Assembly: GCA_964480575.1 (NCBI GenBank)
Contig: CAYZPE010000001.1
Coordinates: 1-40,371 of the forward strand
DNA from: an uncultured Candidatus Saccharibacteria bacterium
GTDB taxonomy: Bacteria > Patescibacteriota > Minisyncoccia > Phycocordibacterales > CAYZPE01
DNA length: 40,371 bases
Direction: 5' to 3'
A program made the translations under genes and the position numbers. Shown here piece by piece: positions 1 through 9,681 of this stretch. Every line of letters begins with the position of its first letter. Position 1 is the first letter of the stretch. The notes under the pieces were generated by a model. The model searched no databases. It was not told the origin of the DNA and saw only the letters and a program-made list of their open reading frames with translations.

Positions 1-2
1 AG

Positions 3-947
3 TATAAGCTCAATTTAACTATTGCTCATCAGTACATTGAGCAAATGGAAGAAGAGGTAAGAGATGCTGTGTTCGGTAACGTAGGTACTATGATTTCGTT
101 TCGAGTCGGTGCACTTGATTCAGAGCTTTTAGAAAAAGAATTCGCACCAGTTTTTATAGCTGAAGATATGGTGAATCTTGGTTTGTATCAGATGTATTTG
201 AAACTCATGATTGACGGTATGTCCTCATCTCCATTTTCTGCACGAACTTTGCCACCAATCAAAGCGCCCGAAGTGTCTCTTAAGGAGGATGTTATTAGAA
301 TTTCGCGTGAACAGTTTGCAACACCTCGAAATGTAGTTGAAAAAAATATTGCTGATTGGTACACTCCTGACGTTAAGACAAAAACAACACCAGCTATAAC
401 CACCAAAGATATTGCTGGCGTAGAAAAGAAAAGCTTTGTCCCGAAAGAGTTTAAAGCTCCTCCAAAAAAAGAGGCATATCCGTCCTCTGTATCGACACCG
501 ACTCCGTTAGTGCCTATATCTCCTAAAAATCCTTTCAAGGATCTTGTGGTTAAGCTGGATGGAAAGGTTGTTCAAAAGGAATCACCTCAGGTTGATAAGG
601 GAGTTGAAGAAAAAGTAAGGCCGCAAGAAGTAAGGGTTGCAGAAGAAAAAGATAGTTTTGTTTCTCTTGAGTCACTTCGAAAGGATAAAAGACCGCAGAC
701 AAACAAAGGGCCGTCTCTAAAAAATCTCTCTGACTTAAAAGCCACACTCGCATTGGTTTTAAAGAAATCTGAACAAAATCCTCAAGAAAGAAAACCTGAA
801 CCTCCTAAGCCACGACCTGCAGAAGAATCACAAAGTCAAAAAAAAGATCCTGTGAGTCCGCCTCGAGAGCAAGTAGGGACCAAACCTCCTCAAAACACAA
901 ACGAGATTCCTGAAGATGTCCTTAAAAAAATGCTCGATGTGAAATAA
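3..947 (+). CDS. Type IV secretion coupling-protein-like (VirD4/TraG/TraD family) ATPase, C-terminal part; the 5' end lies outside the window
   Basis: The frame is open from nt 3 (YKLNLTIAHQYIEQM...), so the ATG at 45 is internal. LNLTIAHQY...VFGNVGTMISFRVG matches the conserved C-terminal core of TraG/VirD4-type NTPases as I recall it. The last ~190 aa are a K/P/E/S-rich low-complexity tail. Confidence 0.6.
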   Translation, partial: YKLNLTIAHQYIEQMEEEVRDAVFGNVGTMISFRVGALDSELLEKEFAPVFIAEDMVNLGLYQMYLKLMIDGMSSSPFSARTLPPIKAPEVSLKEDVIRISREQFATPRNVVEKNIADWYTPDVKTKTTPAITTKDIAGVEKKSFVPKEFKAPPKKEAYPSSVSTPTPLVPISPKNPFKDLVVKLDGKVVQKESPQVDKGVEEKVRPQEVRVAEEKDSFVSLESLRKDKRPQTNKGPSLKNLSDLKATLALVLKKSEQNPQERKPEPPKPRPAEESQSQKKDPVSPPREQVGTKPPQNTNEIPEDVLKKMLDVK

Positions 948-949
948 AT

Positions 950-2353
950 ATGAGAAGTATTATTGTTTCTTTCTTCATTTTCTTAGTTCCAACACTGGCA
1001 GGTGCTGAAGTTTCAAGTTTTGTTTTTACATCAGCATCGGCGCTTCCACTAAACGAAAGGCACACAATAACTGTTCAATCTCAAAATGGTTCTAGTGAAA
1101 AAGAGAACGTTACAAGTACGACCTGTCTTGAAATTCGTACCACATCATCCGCAGGAAAATTATTTGGTAGTTCAAACGGCACTGATCCTGTATCAGTGCT
1201 TGTTTTGACGATGAATAAAAGCTCCGCCAATAGGAATTTTTATTACGAGGATGGTACAGCAGGATCTTACATCTTTAGTCTAAAGGCAGCGTATCGTCCG
1301 GAAGAAGAAAAAAGAACTTGTTCCAATTGGCCGCTTTCTGAGTGGGGAAGTGCTTGGAGCGCGAGTCAAAATTATACAGTTGGAACGAGTGGTGGAAGTA
1401 GTAATACTGGTACAGAAAACTCCTCAGGATCAACTGGTGGCACTGCAGGCGGTTCTTCTTCTGAAGAGTTATCACAGAACTCGGGAAGTCAGATAGGAAG
1501 TGGTATTGTCTTGTCGCCAGAACCTCAAGTTTTAGCAGAGATAAAAGCTCCTAAAACAGTAATTGTAGGCGCTCAGTTTTCTGTATCGGGTGAAGGGTAT
1601 GGATTAGAAAAAAAGCCTCTTGAAAAAGCGCGGTTTGTTTGGAATTTTGGAGATGGTACAACAAAAGAAGGAGTTTCTGTGGGGCATACTTATAGAAATA
1701 TTGGTCAGTACGCACTCATTCTCGATGTGTCATCGGGTAAGTTTACTGGATCTGCGAGGCAGGCTGTGTCTGTAGTAAAAAGCCCGCTTTCTATTTCGAA
1801 AGTTTCTCCGGGTACAGAGGGTTTTATTGAAATAAAAAATGAATCAACAAACGAGCTCGATCTCTCAGGGTGGATTGTGGATGTGTCTCAACATAGATTT
1901 GGAATACCTCGAAATACATTTATTCTTTCAAAAGGCACTTTGGTTTTGGATTCGGTCGCATTAGGTTTCGCGATTGATGGTTCTGTATCCTTACTTTATC
2001 CGAATGGTTCGCCCGCAGTATTATTTGAAGAGGTGAAACCGGTAGTAAAAAAATCAGCTCCGGTTGTCGTCAGTACACCAAAAAATTCTTCTGTGGCACA
2101 ATCAGTCCCAGCAGAGTCTTCAAAGAAAATTACTGTTGCACCTCGACAAAATACAGCTCTTGCGGCCGAGGCGTTGAGTAGCGGAGATGTTATTTCTCAA
2201 GTTTCTTTAGACGAAATTTCCACAGATAGCATCTCATCAAATAGCTGGTGGTTTATTGCTTTTATTGCTTTAATTGTTATTGCTTCAGGTTCGGTATTTT
2301 TCATCCAGAAACCAAAGCCTAATATGGCGGATGAATTTACAATTGAAGAATGA
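950..2353 (+). CDS. Secreted, C-terminally membrane-anchored surface protein with a PKD domain and a lamin-tail (LTD) domain
   Basis: N-terminal signal peptide (MRSIIVSFFIFLVPTLAGA). G/S/T-rich linker. PKD signature FVWNFGDGTTKEGVSVGHTYRNIGQYALILDV. LTD-like FIEIKNESTNELDLSGWIV. S-rich linker, then the TM helix WWFIAFIALIVIASGSVFFI. Starts 2 nt after the upstream stop. Confidence 0.75.
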   Translation: MRSIIVSFFIFLVPTLAGAEVSSFVFTSASALPLNERHTITVQSQNGSSEKENVTSTTCLEIRTTSSAGKLFGSSNGTDPVSVLVLTMNKSSANRNFYYEDGTAGSYIFSLKAAYRPEEEKRTCSNWPLSEWGSAWSASQNYTVGTSGGSSNTGTENSSGSTGGTAGGSSSEELSQNSGSQIGSGIVLSPEPQVLAEIKAPKTVIVGAQFSVSGEGYGLEKKPLEKARFVWNFGDGTTKEGVSVGHTYRNIGQYALILDVSSGKFTGSARQAVSVVKSPLSISKVSPGTEGFIEIKNESTNELDLSGWIVDVSQHRFGIPRNTFILSKGTLVLDSVALGFAIDGSVSLLYPNGSPAVLFEEVKPVVKKSAPVVVSTPKNSSVAQSVPAESSKKITVAPRQNTALAAEALSSGDVISQVSLDEISTDSISSNSWWFIAFIALIVIASGSVFFIQKPKPNMADEFTIEE

Positions 2354-2354
2354 T

Positions 2355-3539
2355 ATGGAGAAGAAAAGAATACTTACATTTTCACTAAATTTTAGACCTT
2401 TTATTGGAGGTGCAGAAGTGGCGCTGGAGGAAATTACGAAAAAACTGTCTTCGTATGAATTTGATATTGTGACTTTGAGACTAGATAAGTCTCTTCCAAA
2501 AGAAGAAGTTGCTGGTAATATTCACATTTATCGAGTTGGTTATGTTGGATTTACTCCACTTAAATCACGGTTCCGCATACCTTTTATTATTAAACTAAAT
2601 AAATTCCTCTTCCCTCTATTTGGTTTTTTCAAAGCTGTTTCCTTACAGCGTAAAAGAAAGTATTCGGCTATATGGGTAATTGTTGCTGGTTTTGCTGGTT
2701 TTGCGGCGCTCTTCTTTAAAATAATGCACCCAAAAATTCCTTACGTGCTCACTCTTCAAGAAGGTGATTCTATTCCAGATATTCGTCGAAGGGCACGTCT
2801 TATCTATCCTTTGTGGCGATTTATTTTTCTTAAGGCAGATATTATTCAGGCGATTTCGAGCTATCTCACACAGCTTCCTCATGGTCTTGGATATATCAAA
2901 GAAGTGGTTGTTGTGCCAAATGGCGTTGATTTAAATTCTTTTGTAAAACGAGAAAACTTTGAATTTGCCGAGAAAGTAAAAAACACAACTCTTATTACGA
3001 CATCACGCCTTGTTCCAAAAAATGGTGTCGCAGATATTATTAAATCGCTCGAGTATCTTCCGAAAGAGGTTTCGCTAAAGATTGTAGGCGACGGACCTCT
3101 CCGAGAATCACTTGAGATGCTCGTAAAAGAAAAAGGATTAGAGAGTAGGGTGAGTTTTCTGGGCTTCTTGCTTCCACAGGATCTTCCAAAACTTCTTTCC
3201 GAAGCAGATATTTTTGTCCGACCATCACTTTCTGAAGGTTTTGGAAATTCATTTATTGAGGCGATGGCGATGGGGCTTCCTGTAATAGCGACACCTGTCG
3301 GGGGAATTACCGATTTTCTTTATGATGCAGATGTAAATCCTGAAAAAGAACCGACAGGACTATATGCGGAAGTTCAAAATCCAAAAAGTATTGCAGAAAA
3401 AGTAACGCTTATTATGAATGACTTTGAACTTAAAAATCGTATAGTAACAAACGCAGGAAGGATGGTTCGAGAAAGATATGATTGGAATATCGTTGCGCAG
3501 AATATGGATCAGAAGGTGTTTAAAGTGGTGATAAAATAG
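2355..3539 (+). CDS. Glycosyltransferase family 4 (GT-B)
   Basis: C-terminal GT4 motif PSLSEGFGNSFIEAMAMGLPVIATPVGG. I place the start at ATG 2355 (MEKKRILTF), just after the upstream stop at 2351-2353. The track start at 2274 overlaps the previous gene. Confidence 0.85.
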   Translation: MEKKRILTFSLNFRPFIGGAEVALEEITKKLSSYEFDIVTLRLDKSLPKEEVAGNIHIYRVGYVGFTPLKSRFRIPFIIKLNKFLFPLFGFFKAVSLQRKRKYSAIWVIVAGFAGFAALFFKIMHPKIPYVLTLQEGDSIPDIRRRARLIYPLWRFIFLKADIIQAISSYLTQLPHGLGYIKEVVVVPNGVDLNSFVKRENFEFAEKVKNTTLITTSRLVPKNGVADIIKSLEYLPKEVSLKIVGDGPLRESLEMLVKEKGLESRVSFLGFLLPQDLPKLLSEADIFVRPSLSEGFGNSFIEAMAMGLPVIATPVGGITDFLYDADVNPEKEPTGLYAEVQNPKSIAEKVTLIMNDFELKNRIVTNAGRMVRERYDWNIVAQNMDQKVFKVVIK

Positions 3540-3544
3540 ATTAG

Positions 3545-4552
3545 ATGAATATACTTATTACAACAGGGATTTATCCCCCACACATAGGTGGTCCAGCACA
3601 ATATGCAAAAAACTTGAAAGAAGCTCTTGAAAAAGCGGGGCATTCTGTCCCTGTTGCTACTTACGGTATTGAACGTCGCCTACCAACAGGAATACGTCAT
3701 TTATTTTACTTTTTTAAAATTTTACCAAAGGTTATAAAGGCAGATTTTATCATTGCTCTCGATATGTTTAGTGTAGGACTCCCCTCTGTTTTAGCGGCAA
3801 AATTGCTTCGAAAGAAAATTATCATTCGTACAGGAGGGGATTTTCTGTGGGAGTCGTATGTTGAGCGAACGGGTGATCTTGTTCTTCTTAAAAATTTTTA
3901 TACGACAAAACAAAATCACTTTAACAAAAAAGACAAAATAATTTTCAAGCTTACGAGATGGACTCTGAGAAATGCTTCAGCTCTTGTTTTTAGTACAAAG
4001 TGGCAGATGGATATTTTTATGGATCCGTATCAGTTGCAGAATGTACCTATTAGTATTATTGAAAATTTCTACGGAGAAAAAATTCCTGATGAAAAACCTG
4101 CGTCCAAGATTTTTATTTCCGGCACACGCCCCCTTAAGTGGAAAAATACAGCTTTACTGAAAAATGCTTTTGTTAACGCGAAATCTCTACATCTAGATAT
4201 TGTTCTCGATGACGTTAATGCGCCGTACGGTTTGTTTATGGATAACATGAAGCGGGCTTATGCGGTTGTTCTCATGTCTTTGGGTGATATTAGTCCAAAT
4301 ATGGTTATGGATGCTTTACGTTTCGGGAAGCCAGTTATTGTAACCCAGGAGATAGGGATAAAAGATCGTGTAAAGGATGCTGTATTGCTTGTGGATCCGC
4401 AAAATGAATCAGCTGTAACTAATGCGATTGTTGCGATGTGTGATTCAAACACTTGGTCTCTCTACAAAAAAAAGGCACAAGATTTTAATTTTGTTCACAC
4501 GTGGGAGGAAGTTGCGGTTGAATTTATTAAGGTCTATAAGACACTCGCATGA
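3545..4552 (+). CDS. Glycosyltransferase, GT-B fold (GT4-like)
   Basis: N-terminus MNILITTGIYPPHIGGPAQYAKNL is typical of GT4-type enzymes. C-terminal Rossmann-like half. Sits in a run of GT genes. Confidence 0.6.
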   Translation: MNILITTGIYPPHIGGPAQYAKNLKEALEKAGHSVPVATYGIERRLPTGIRHLFYFFKILPKVIKADFIIALDMFSVGLPSVLAAKLLRKKIIIRTGGDFLWESYVERTGDLVLLKNFYTTKQNHFNKKDKIIFKLTRWTLRNASALVFSTKWQMDIFMDPYQLQNVPISIIENFYGEKIPDEKPASKIFISGTRPLKWKNTALLKNAFVNAKSLHLDIVLDDVNAPYGLFMDNMKRAYAVVLMSLGDISPNMVMDALRFGKPVIVTQEIGIKDRVKDAVLLVDPQNESAVTNAIVAMCDSNTWSLYKKKAQDFNFVHTWEEVAVEFIKVYKTLA

Positions 4553-5673
4553 AAGTTATAAGTATTGGATCAGATAGAAATATTTTCAAAGAGTCTCCTG
4601 TAAGAGATCGGGTTTTAAAACAATCAGAATTTTTTGAAGAGCTTCATATGATTGTTTTTTCAAGTATTTTCAAACATCGAGGATTACAAAAATTCCAGCT
4701 TGGAAACAAGGTGTGGGTGTACCCAACACGCTCATGGAGTAGGGTTTTCTATATCAGAGACGCAATAAAGCTGGGTAAAAAAATTATCGGAAATACATCA
4801 GTAAATACTATTTTAACAACTCAGGATCCTTTTGAGTCAGGGCAAGTCGGTCTTAAGCTTAAAGAGCTTTACAAAATTCCACTTCAGATTCAGGTCCATA
4901 CAGATTTTTTGAGTCCTTACTTTGCTCATACATTCTTGAATAAAATTCGAGTAAAAATAGCAGAAAAAATTATTCCACAAGCAGACAAAATTCGCGTAGT
5001 GAGCAAGAGAATTAAAGACTCTCTTGTTAAGCGTTTTAAGCTCCTTCCTGAAAAAATTAGTGTCTTGCCCGTTTATGTTGATATAGAGAAAATAGTAAAC
5101 AGTCCGATTAAAACTGATCTGCACAAAAAGTATCCGCAGTTTAATTTTATTATTCTTATGGCATCGCGACTGACTCTCGAGAAAAATATTCCACTTGCAA
5201 TCAAATCTTTTTGTACAGTACTCAAGGTTTTTCCCAAAGCAGGTCTCATTATTGTAGGTTCAGGGCACAAAGCAAAAGATCTTAAATCTCTTACACGAAA
5301 TCTTAATATCGAAAAATCAGTTATTTTTGAAGAATGGCAAAATGATCTTGCTTCGTATTACAAAACTGCAAACTTGTATCTCCTTACCTCATTTTACGAA
5401 GGTTTCAGCATGACTCTTGTAGAGGCAGCAGCAGCAGGATGTCCTATCGTAACTTCTGATATTGGTATTGCTGGGGATATTTTACTTGATGAAGAGCATA
5501 TAGCAGTTTGTACGGTTCAAACTGAAAGTTGTTTTACTGAAAAAATAATCGATATTATTTCTAATAATCACAGGAGAGAAATCATGAAGCAAAACGCAAG
5601 AGCAAAAGTACTCGAGACTTTAAACTGGAATAAAGATCAGTATATGAAGGAGTATGTTGAACTTTTAGGGTAG
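4549..5673 (+). CDS. Glycosyltransferase family 4 (GT-B)
   Basis: TSFYEGFSMTLVEAAAAGCPIVTSDIG (E-x7-E region). ATGA start/stop overlap with the upstream gene. Confidence 0.85.
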   Translation: MKVISIGSDRNIFKESPVRDRVLKQSEFFEELHMIVFSSIFKHRGLQKFQLGNKVWVYPTRSWSRVFYIRDAIKLGKKIIGNTSVNTILTTQDPFESGQVGLKLKELYKIPLQIQVHTDFLSPYFAHTFLNKIRVKIAEKIIPQADKIRVVSKRIKDSLVKRFKLLPEKISVLPVYVDIEKIVNSPIKTDLHKKYPQFNFIILMASRLTLEKNIPLAIKSFCTVLKVFPKAGLIIVGSGHKAKDLKSLTRNLNIEKSVIFEEWQNDLASYYKTANLYLLTSFYEGFSMTLVEAAAAGCPIVTSDIGIAGDILLDEEHIAVCTVQTESCFTEKIIDIISNNHRREIMKQNARAKVLETLNWNKDQYMKEYVELLG

Positions 5674-5722
5674 GAGGTGAGTCTTTATTTAAAGTCTAAA
5701 TTGCGCTACAATCCTTTTGTTT

Positions 5723-6742
5723 ATGGCCTTACAAAAGCGCCTTTTATTTATCACTCAAAAGATTCATCAAAATGATGATGATCTTGCTTTTGTTATTCTC
5801 TGGGTTAAGCAATTCATTCGGGAAGGATTTGATGTGCAGGTGATCTGCCTTGAAAAAAGAGATTTCGACGACTCGTTCCCTGTCTACTCTCTTGGGAAGG
5901 AAGTGGGTTATGGTAAATTTCGTCGGGTGTTTAGGTTTCTTAAATTCATTTGTACTCTCAAATATGATCGCGTCTTTGTTCATATGAACCCGGAGTATTT
6001 TACACTTGGCGGTTGGTACTGGTTTTTGACCCGCAAGCCAATGTATTTATGGTATACGCATTACGCAATGCATATGCATATGCGTATCGCAGGATGGCTT
6101 TCTACTCGAATGTTTGCTGCCACGAAGCAGAGTCTACCTCAGTATGCAGGAAGTCCTAAAAAAATTATTCCAGGACATGGAATTGATATGAATTTTTGGA
6201 CGAAGGATATGAAGCCGGAACGAATTTTGTCTGAGTATAATCTTATTTCAGTTCACAGGATTTGCCGATCAAAAAGATCTGAAATTGCAATTGAGGCACT
6301 TCTTTATTTACCTTCGGAATACAATCTAACTTTGTTTGGTCGTGATGTTGAGAAAGATTATTATGCGGAACTCCAGGAGTTGGTAAAAAAACATCATCTC
6401 GAAAGTAGGGTTACATTTGCGGGACCAGTACCCATGCACAAACTCAGGGACATATATGGGAAATACAGACTAATGGTTAATATGGCTCCCGAAACGATTG
6501 ATAAAACCGTACTTGAAGGGATGGTTTTCGGGGTGTATCCTATTACAACCAAAGGCAATTCTTTAGCTGTGGGACTTCCGGCCTATCCCGAAGATGATAG
6601 ACCAGAGACTGTAGCGAAATTTATTTTGGAAAAGAAATGGCAGTCTTATGATAGGGCGTATCTAAATAATATTGTTCAGAAGAAACACAGTTTGGAGGCT
6701 TTGGTAAGAAATATGGCGGTATACATAGGTTCTGGTGAATAA
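5723..6742 (+). CDS. Glycosyltransferase, GT-B fold (GT4-like)
   Basis: C-terminal half reads LFGRDVEKDYYAELQELVKKHHLESRVTFAGPV...DKTVLEGMVFGVYPI, the GT4 donor-binding architecture. First ATG at 5723 (the track start at 5717 is a TTG). Confidence 0.6.
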   Translation: MALQKRLLFITQKIHQNDDDLAFVILWVKQFIREGFDVQVICLEKRDFDDSFPVYSLGKEVGYGKFRRVFRFLKFICTLKYDRVFVHMNPEYFTLGGWYWFLTRKPMYLWYTHYAMHMHMRIAGWLSTRMFAATKQSLPQYAGSPKKIIPGHGIDMNFWTKDMKPERILSEYNLISVHRICRSKRSEIAIEALLYLPSEYNLTLFGRDVEKDYYAELQELVKKHHLESRVTFAGPVPMHKLRDIYGKYRLMVNMAPETIDKTVLEGMVFGVYPITTKGNSLAVGLPAYPEDDRPETVAKFILEKKWQSYDRAYLNNIVQKKHSLEALVRNMAVYIGSGE

Positions 6743-6743
6743 A

Positions 6744-7799
6744 ATGGTTATCAAAAGAAAGAAAATTGTACTAGTAGGTGGAGCTCGTCCTAACTTCATG
6801 AAAATTGCTCCGCTGTATCATGAGCTAAAAAAGCGGCTTGTTAATGTTTTTCTCATAAATACTGGTCAGCATTTTGATAAAGCAATGGCACTACAGTTTT
6901 TTAGGGAATTTAAAATTAGACCTCATATTTCACTTAATCCATCTCGAGAATCGGTATCCAAGCAGATGCTCGATATTATGTCGGGTCTCGAGCAAATTTT
7001 TACAGCCGAGCGCCCCGATATGGTTGTTGTATTTGGAGATGTGAATTCAACACTTTCTGCGGGTTTGGTTGCACACAAAATGGGAATCTTTCTTGTTCAT
7101 GTTGAGGCGGGTCTACGATCTTTTAATAAGCAGATGCCTGAAGAAGCAAATCGCAGGATGGTTGATCATATATCAGATATTCTTTTTGTGACTGAAGAAA
7201 GTGGTTTAAAAAATCTTTCACGGGAACGTGTGCTCGGTAAGGTGCATTTTGTCGGTAATATCATGATGGATACCTTGTCTCTTTTTCTTCCAAAAATAAA
7301 ACCTAAAAAAGACAAATTTTATTTCTTAACGATGCATCGTGGAGAAAATGTTGATAATAAAGATGTGTTTCATCAAATTTTAACAGCCCTTGAAGTGATT
7401 TCGAAAGATGCCTTGATTTACTTACCGCTTCATCCTCGTACTGAAAAAAAAGCACATGAGTTCGGGTTTCTAGAAAGGATTAAAGCTTTGTGCAGGGTTT
7501 TGCCGCCTCTGTCATATCAAGATACTCTTTCATATCAAAAACATGCAAAACTAGTTTTGACAGATTCTGGTGGGGTGCAGGAAGAGACAAGTTTTCTCGG
7601 TACACCTTGTATTACTCTTCGTACAGAAACTGAACGACCAATTACGGTAACTCATGGTACAAACATGATTGGTGGTGTGACAACTAAGAGTATTCTCAGG
7701 GCGTATTCAAGACACTCTCTCGTGAAAAAGAAAATGAAGGTTAAATTTTGGGATGGGAAGGCTTCGAAAAGAATCGCCGATATTCTGTTAAACTTATAG
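6744..7799 (+). CDS. wecB: UDP-N-acetylglucosamine 2-epimerase, non-hydrolysing
   Basis: GGARPNFMKIAPL, NTGQHFD, FGDVNSTLS, HVEAGLRSFNKQMPEEANRR and DSGGVQEETSFLGTPCITLRTETERP are all collinear with WecB/MnaA. ATG 6744 follows the upstream stop at 6740-6742. Confidence 0.85.
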   Translation: MVIKRKKIVLVGGARPNFMKIAPLYHELKKRLVNVFLINTGQHFDKAMALQFFREFKIRPHISLNPSRESVSKQMLDIMSGLEQIFTAERPDMVVVFGDVNSTLSAGLVAHKMGIFLVHVEAGLRSFNKQMPEEANRRMVDHISDILFVTEESGLKNLSRERVLGKVHFVGNIMMDTLSLFLPKIKPKKDKFYFLTMHRGENVDNKDVFHQILTALEVISKDALIYLPLHPRTEKKAHEFGFLERIKALCRVLPPLSYQDTLSYQKHAKLVLTDSGGVQEETSFLGTPCITLRTETERPITVTHGTNMIGGVTTKSILRAYSRHSLVKKKMKVKFWDGKASKRIADILLNL

Positions 7800-7801
7800 A
7801 T

Positions 7802-9664
7802 ATGTGTGGAATACACGGATTTAATTTTGAGGATGAGGGTTTAATTCATAAGATGATTCAAAAGACTGCGTATCGCGGACCTGATGACAGTGGTTTTCAT
7901 GTGAAAAGTGGATGGTCTTTGGGACACAACAGGCTTTCAATTATTGATCTTTCAAAGGCGGGTCACCAGCCTATGCATACCACAGATGGAAAGTTTTCAA
8001 TTGTTTTTAACGGGGAAATTTACAATTTTGAAGAAATAAAAAAGGAGCTTTTAAATTTAGGATATCGCTTTAACTCTAAAACCGATACCGAGGTTATTCT
8101 ATATGCATTTAAAGAATGGGGTCGGATCTGTGTTAAAAAGTTTAATGGCATGTTTGCTTTTGCAATTATTGATAATACGAATGGTGAACTTTTTATTGCC
8201 CGTGATCATATTGGGATAAAACCACTATATTATTATTACAAGGATGGACGTTTTATATTTTCATCAGAAGCAAAAGCTCTTTTTCTACATGATATTTCAA
8301 AAGAAATTTCACGTGATTCTCTTAATGTTTATTTCAGATTTCTTTACGTACCTGCACCTTTTACAATATGGAAACATGTAAAGAAACTTGAACCAGGGCA
8401 TTCAATACAGGTCAAGAATGGACAAGTAAAAATTGAGCGATTTTGGAATTATTCATCTCAGGGTCTTTTGTCGGATAAAAACGAGATCCTTTTTCGTACA
8501 AAAAATCTTATTAAAGATTCGGTAAAGCTTCAGCTTGTAGCAGATCGTCCTGTTGGGATATATCTTTCTGGCGGAATAGACTCGACAATTATAACTGGCG
8601 TTGCTAGTTCACTATCACCTCACATTCAAACCTTCTCTGTTGGATTTGAGGAAACCGAAGAGGAAGATAAATACAACAACGACATGAAAGTTGCGAGAGA
8701 GACTGCAAAATACTTCGGCACAACACACAATGAATATCGGTTAAAAGCAGAAGATGTGATTACCGGATATCCTCGATCGATCTATCATATGGATGAGCCT
8801 ATTTCTAACCATGTTCAGACAGTTAACATGCTTCTTGCAGAAAGAGTTAAAGAGAAAGTGACTGTGGTTTTAGGAGGAGATGGAGGGGATGAGCTCTTTG
8901 GGGGGTATGAGCGTTATTACTACAGTAGTTTGATTGATTACTTTCAAAAATTACCCAAGGTTTTTCAAAAAAGTGTTTTACTTTTTGCTAAAGAAGATTG
9001 GCAGAGAAAATTACAAACCTTACCTGGTATAGACAGATATCTGGAGTTTTTTTCCCAAAAAGAAGAGTCTATAGGTGCTTTTTTAAAAAAGGAATATAAC
9101 GATCCTCTTTCTGCTAGAAGCATGTTTCAACATCTTTATTTTGATAATACGAATGCAGGGGATTTTACTCGTGAGTTTATGCGAACGGATGTTTGCTCCT
9201 GGCTCCCAAGCGAATCTTTGGCACGTTCAGATAAAATGTCTATGGCGGTGGGAGTTGAACAAAGGGTACCATTTCTCGACATTAGACTTGTTGAGTTAGC
9301 AGATAAAATTCCAGTCCATATGAAATTAGGTAGTAAAGGACTAGGTATGTTTTCTATTGGCAGAAAGTATGAAGGCAAAATGATTCTTAAAGAGGCTATG
9401 AAAGAATATGTACCTGACTTTGTACTGAAACAGCCAAAGTGGGGTTGGTTTTCTCCAGCGGCCAAATGGCTTCGAGGACCAATGAAATCTTTTGCAGAGG
9501 AAGTACTTTCTCCTTCGTACAATAAGGGCACCAAAGAGATGTTTGATTTTAATGTAATTGAGCAGATTCTAAGAGATCATATATCAAAAAAGAAATATGC
9601 ACTTAATACACTCTGGTCTCTCATCACGTTTCAGGTTTGGTATAGACAATTTATGGAAAAATAA
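7802..9664 (+). CDS. Asparagine synthase family glutamine amidotransferase (AsnB-like), copy 1
   Basis: Starts MCGIHGF (Cys2 Ntn nucleophile). HNRLSIIDLS..GHQP. PP-loop YLSGGIDST. The track start at 7748 overlaps wecB and would bury the nucleophile. Confidence 0.85.
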   Translation: MCGIHGFNFEDEGLIHKMIQKTAYRGPDDSGFHVKSGWSLGHNRLSIIDLSKAGHQPMHTTDGKFSIVFNGEIYNFEEIKKELLNLGYRFNSKTDTEVILYAFKEWGRICVKKFNGMFAFAIIDNTNGELFIARDHIGIKPLYYYYKDGRFIFSSEAKALFLHDISKEISRDSLNVYFRFLYVPAPFTIWKHVKKLEPGHSIQVKNGQVKIERFWNYSSQGLLSDKNEILFRTKNLIKDSVKLQLVADRPVGIYLSGGIDSTIITGVASSLSPHIQTFSVGFEETEEEDKYNNDMKVARETAKYFGTTHNEYRLKAEDVITGYPRSIYHMDEPISNHVQTVNMLLAERVKEKVTVVLGGDGGDELFGGYERYYYSSLIDYFQKLPKVFQKSVLLFAKEDWQRKLQTLPGIDRYLEFFSQKEESIGAFLKKEYNDPLSARSMFQHLYFDNTNAGDFTREFMRTDVCSWLPSESLARSDKMSMAVGVEQRVPFLDIRLVELADKIPVHMKLGSKGLGMFSIGRKYEGKMILKEAMKEYVPDFVLKQPKWGWFSPAAKWLRGPMKSFAEEVLSPSYNKGTKEMFDFNVIEQILRDHISKKKYALNTLWSLITFQVWYRQFMEK

Positions 9665-9681
9665 GATACAGTTAGTATTCA

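Noticed and set aside
188-753. Minus-strand ORFs 188-538 and 550-753
   Set aside because: They run antisense to the coupling-protein-like CDS and have no motifs. Their long open frames are consistent with chance antisense ORFs.
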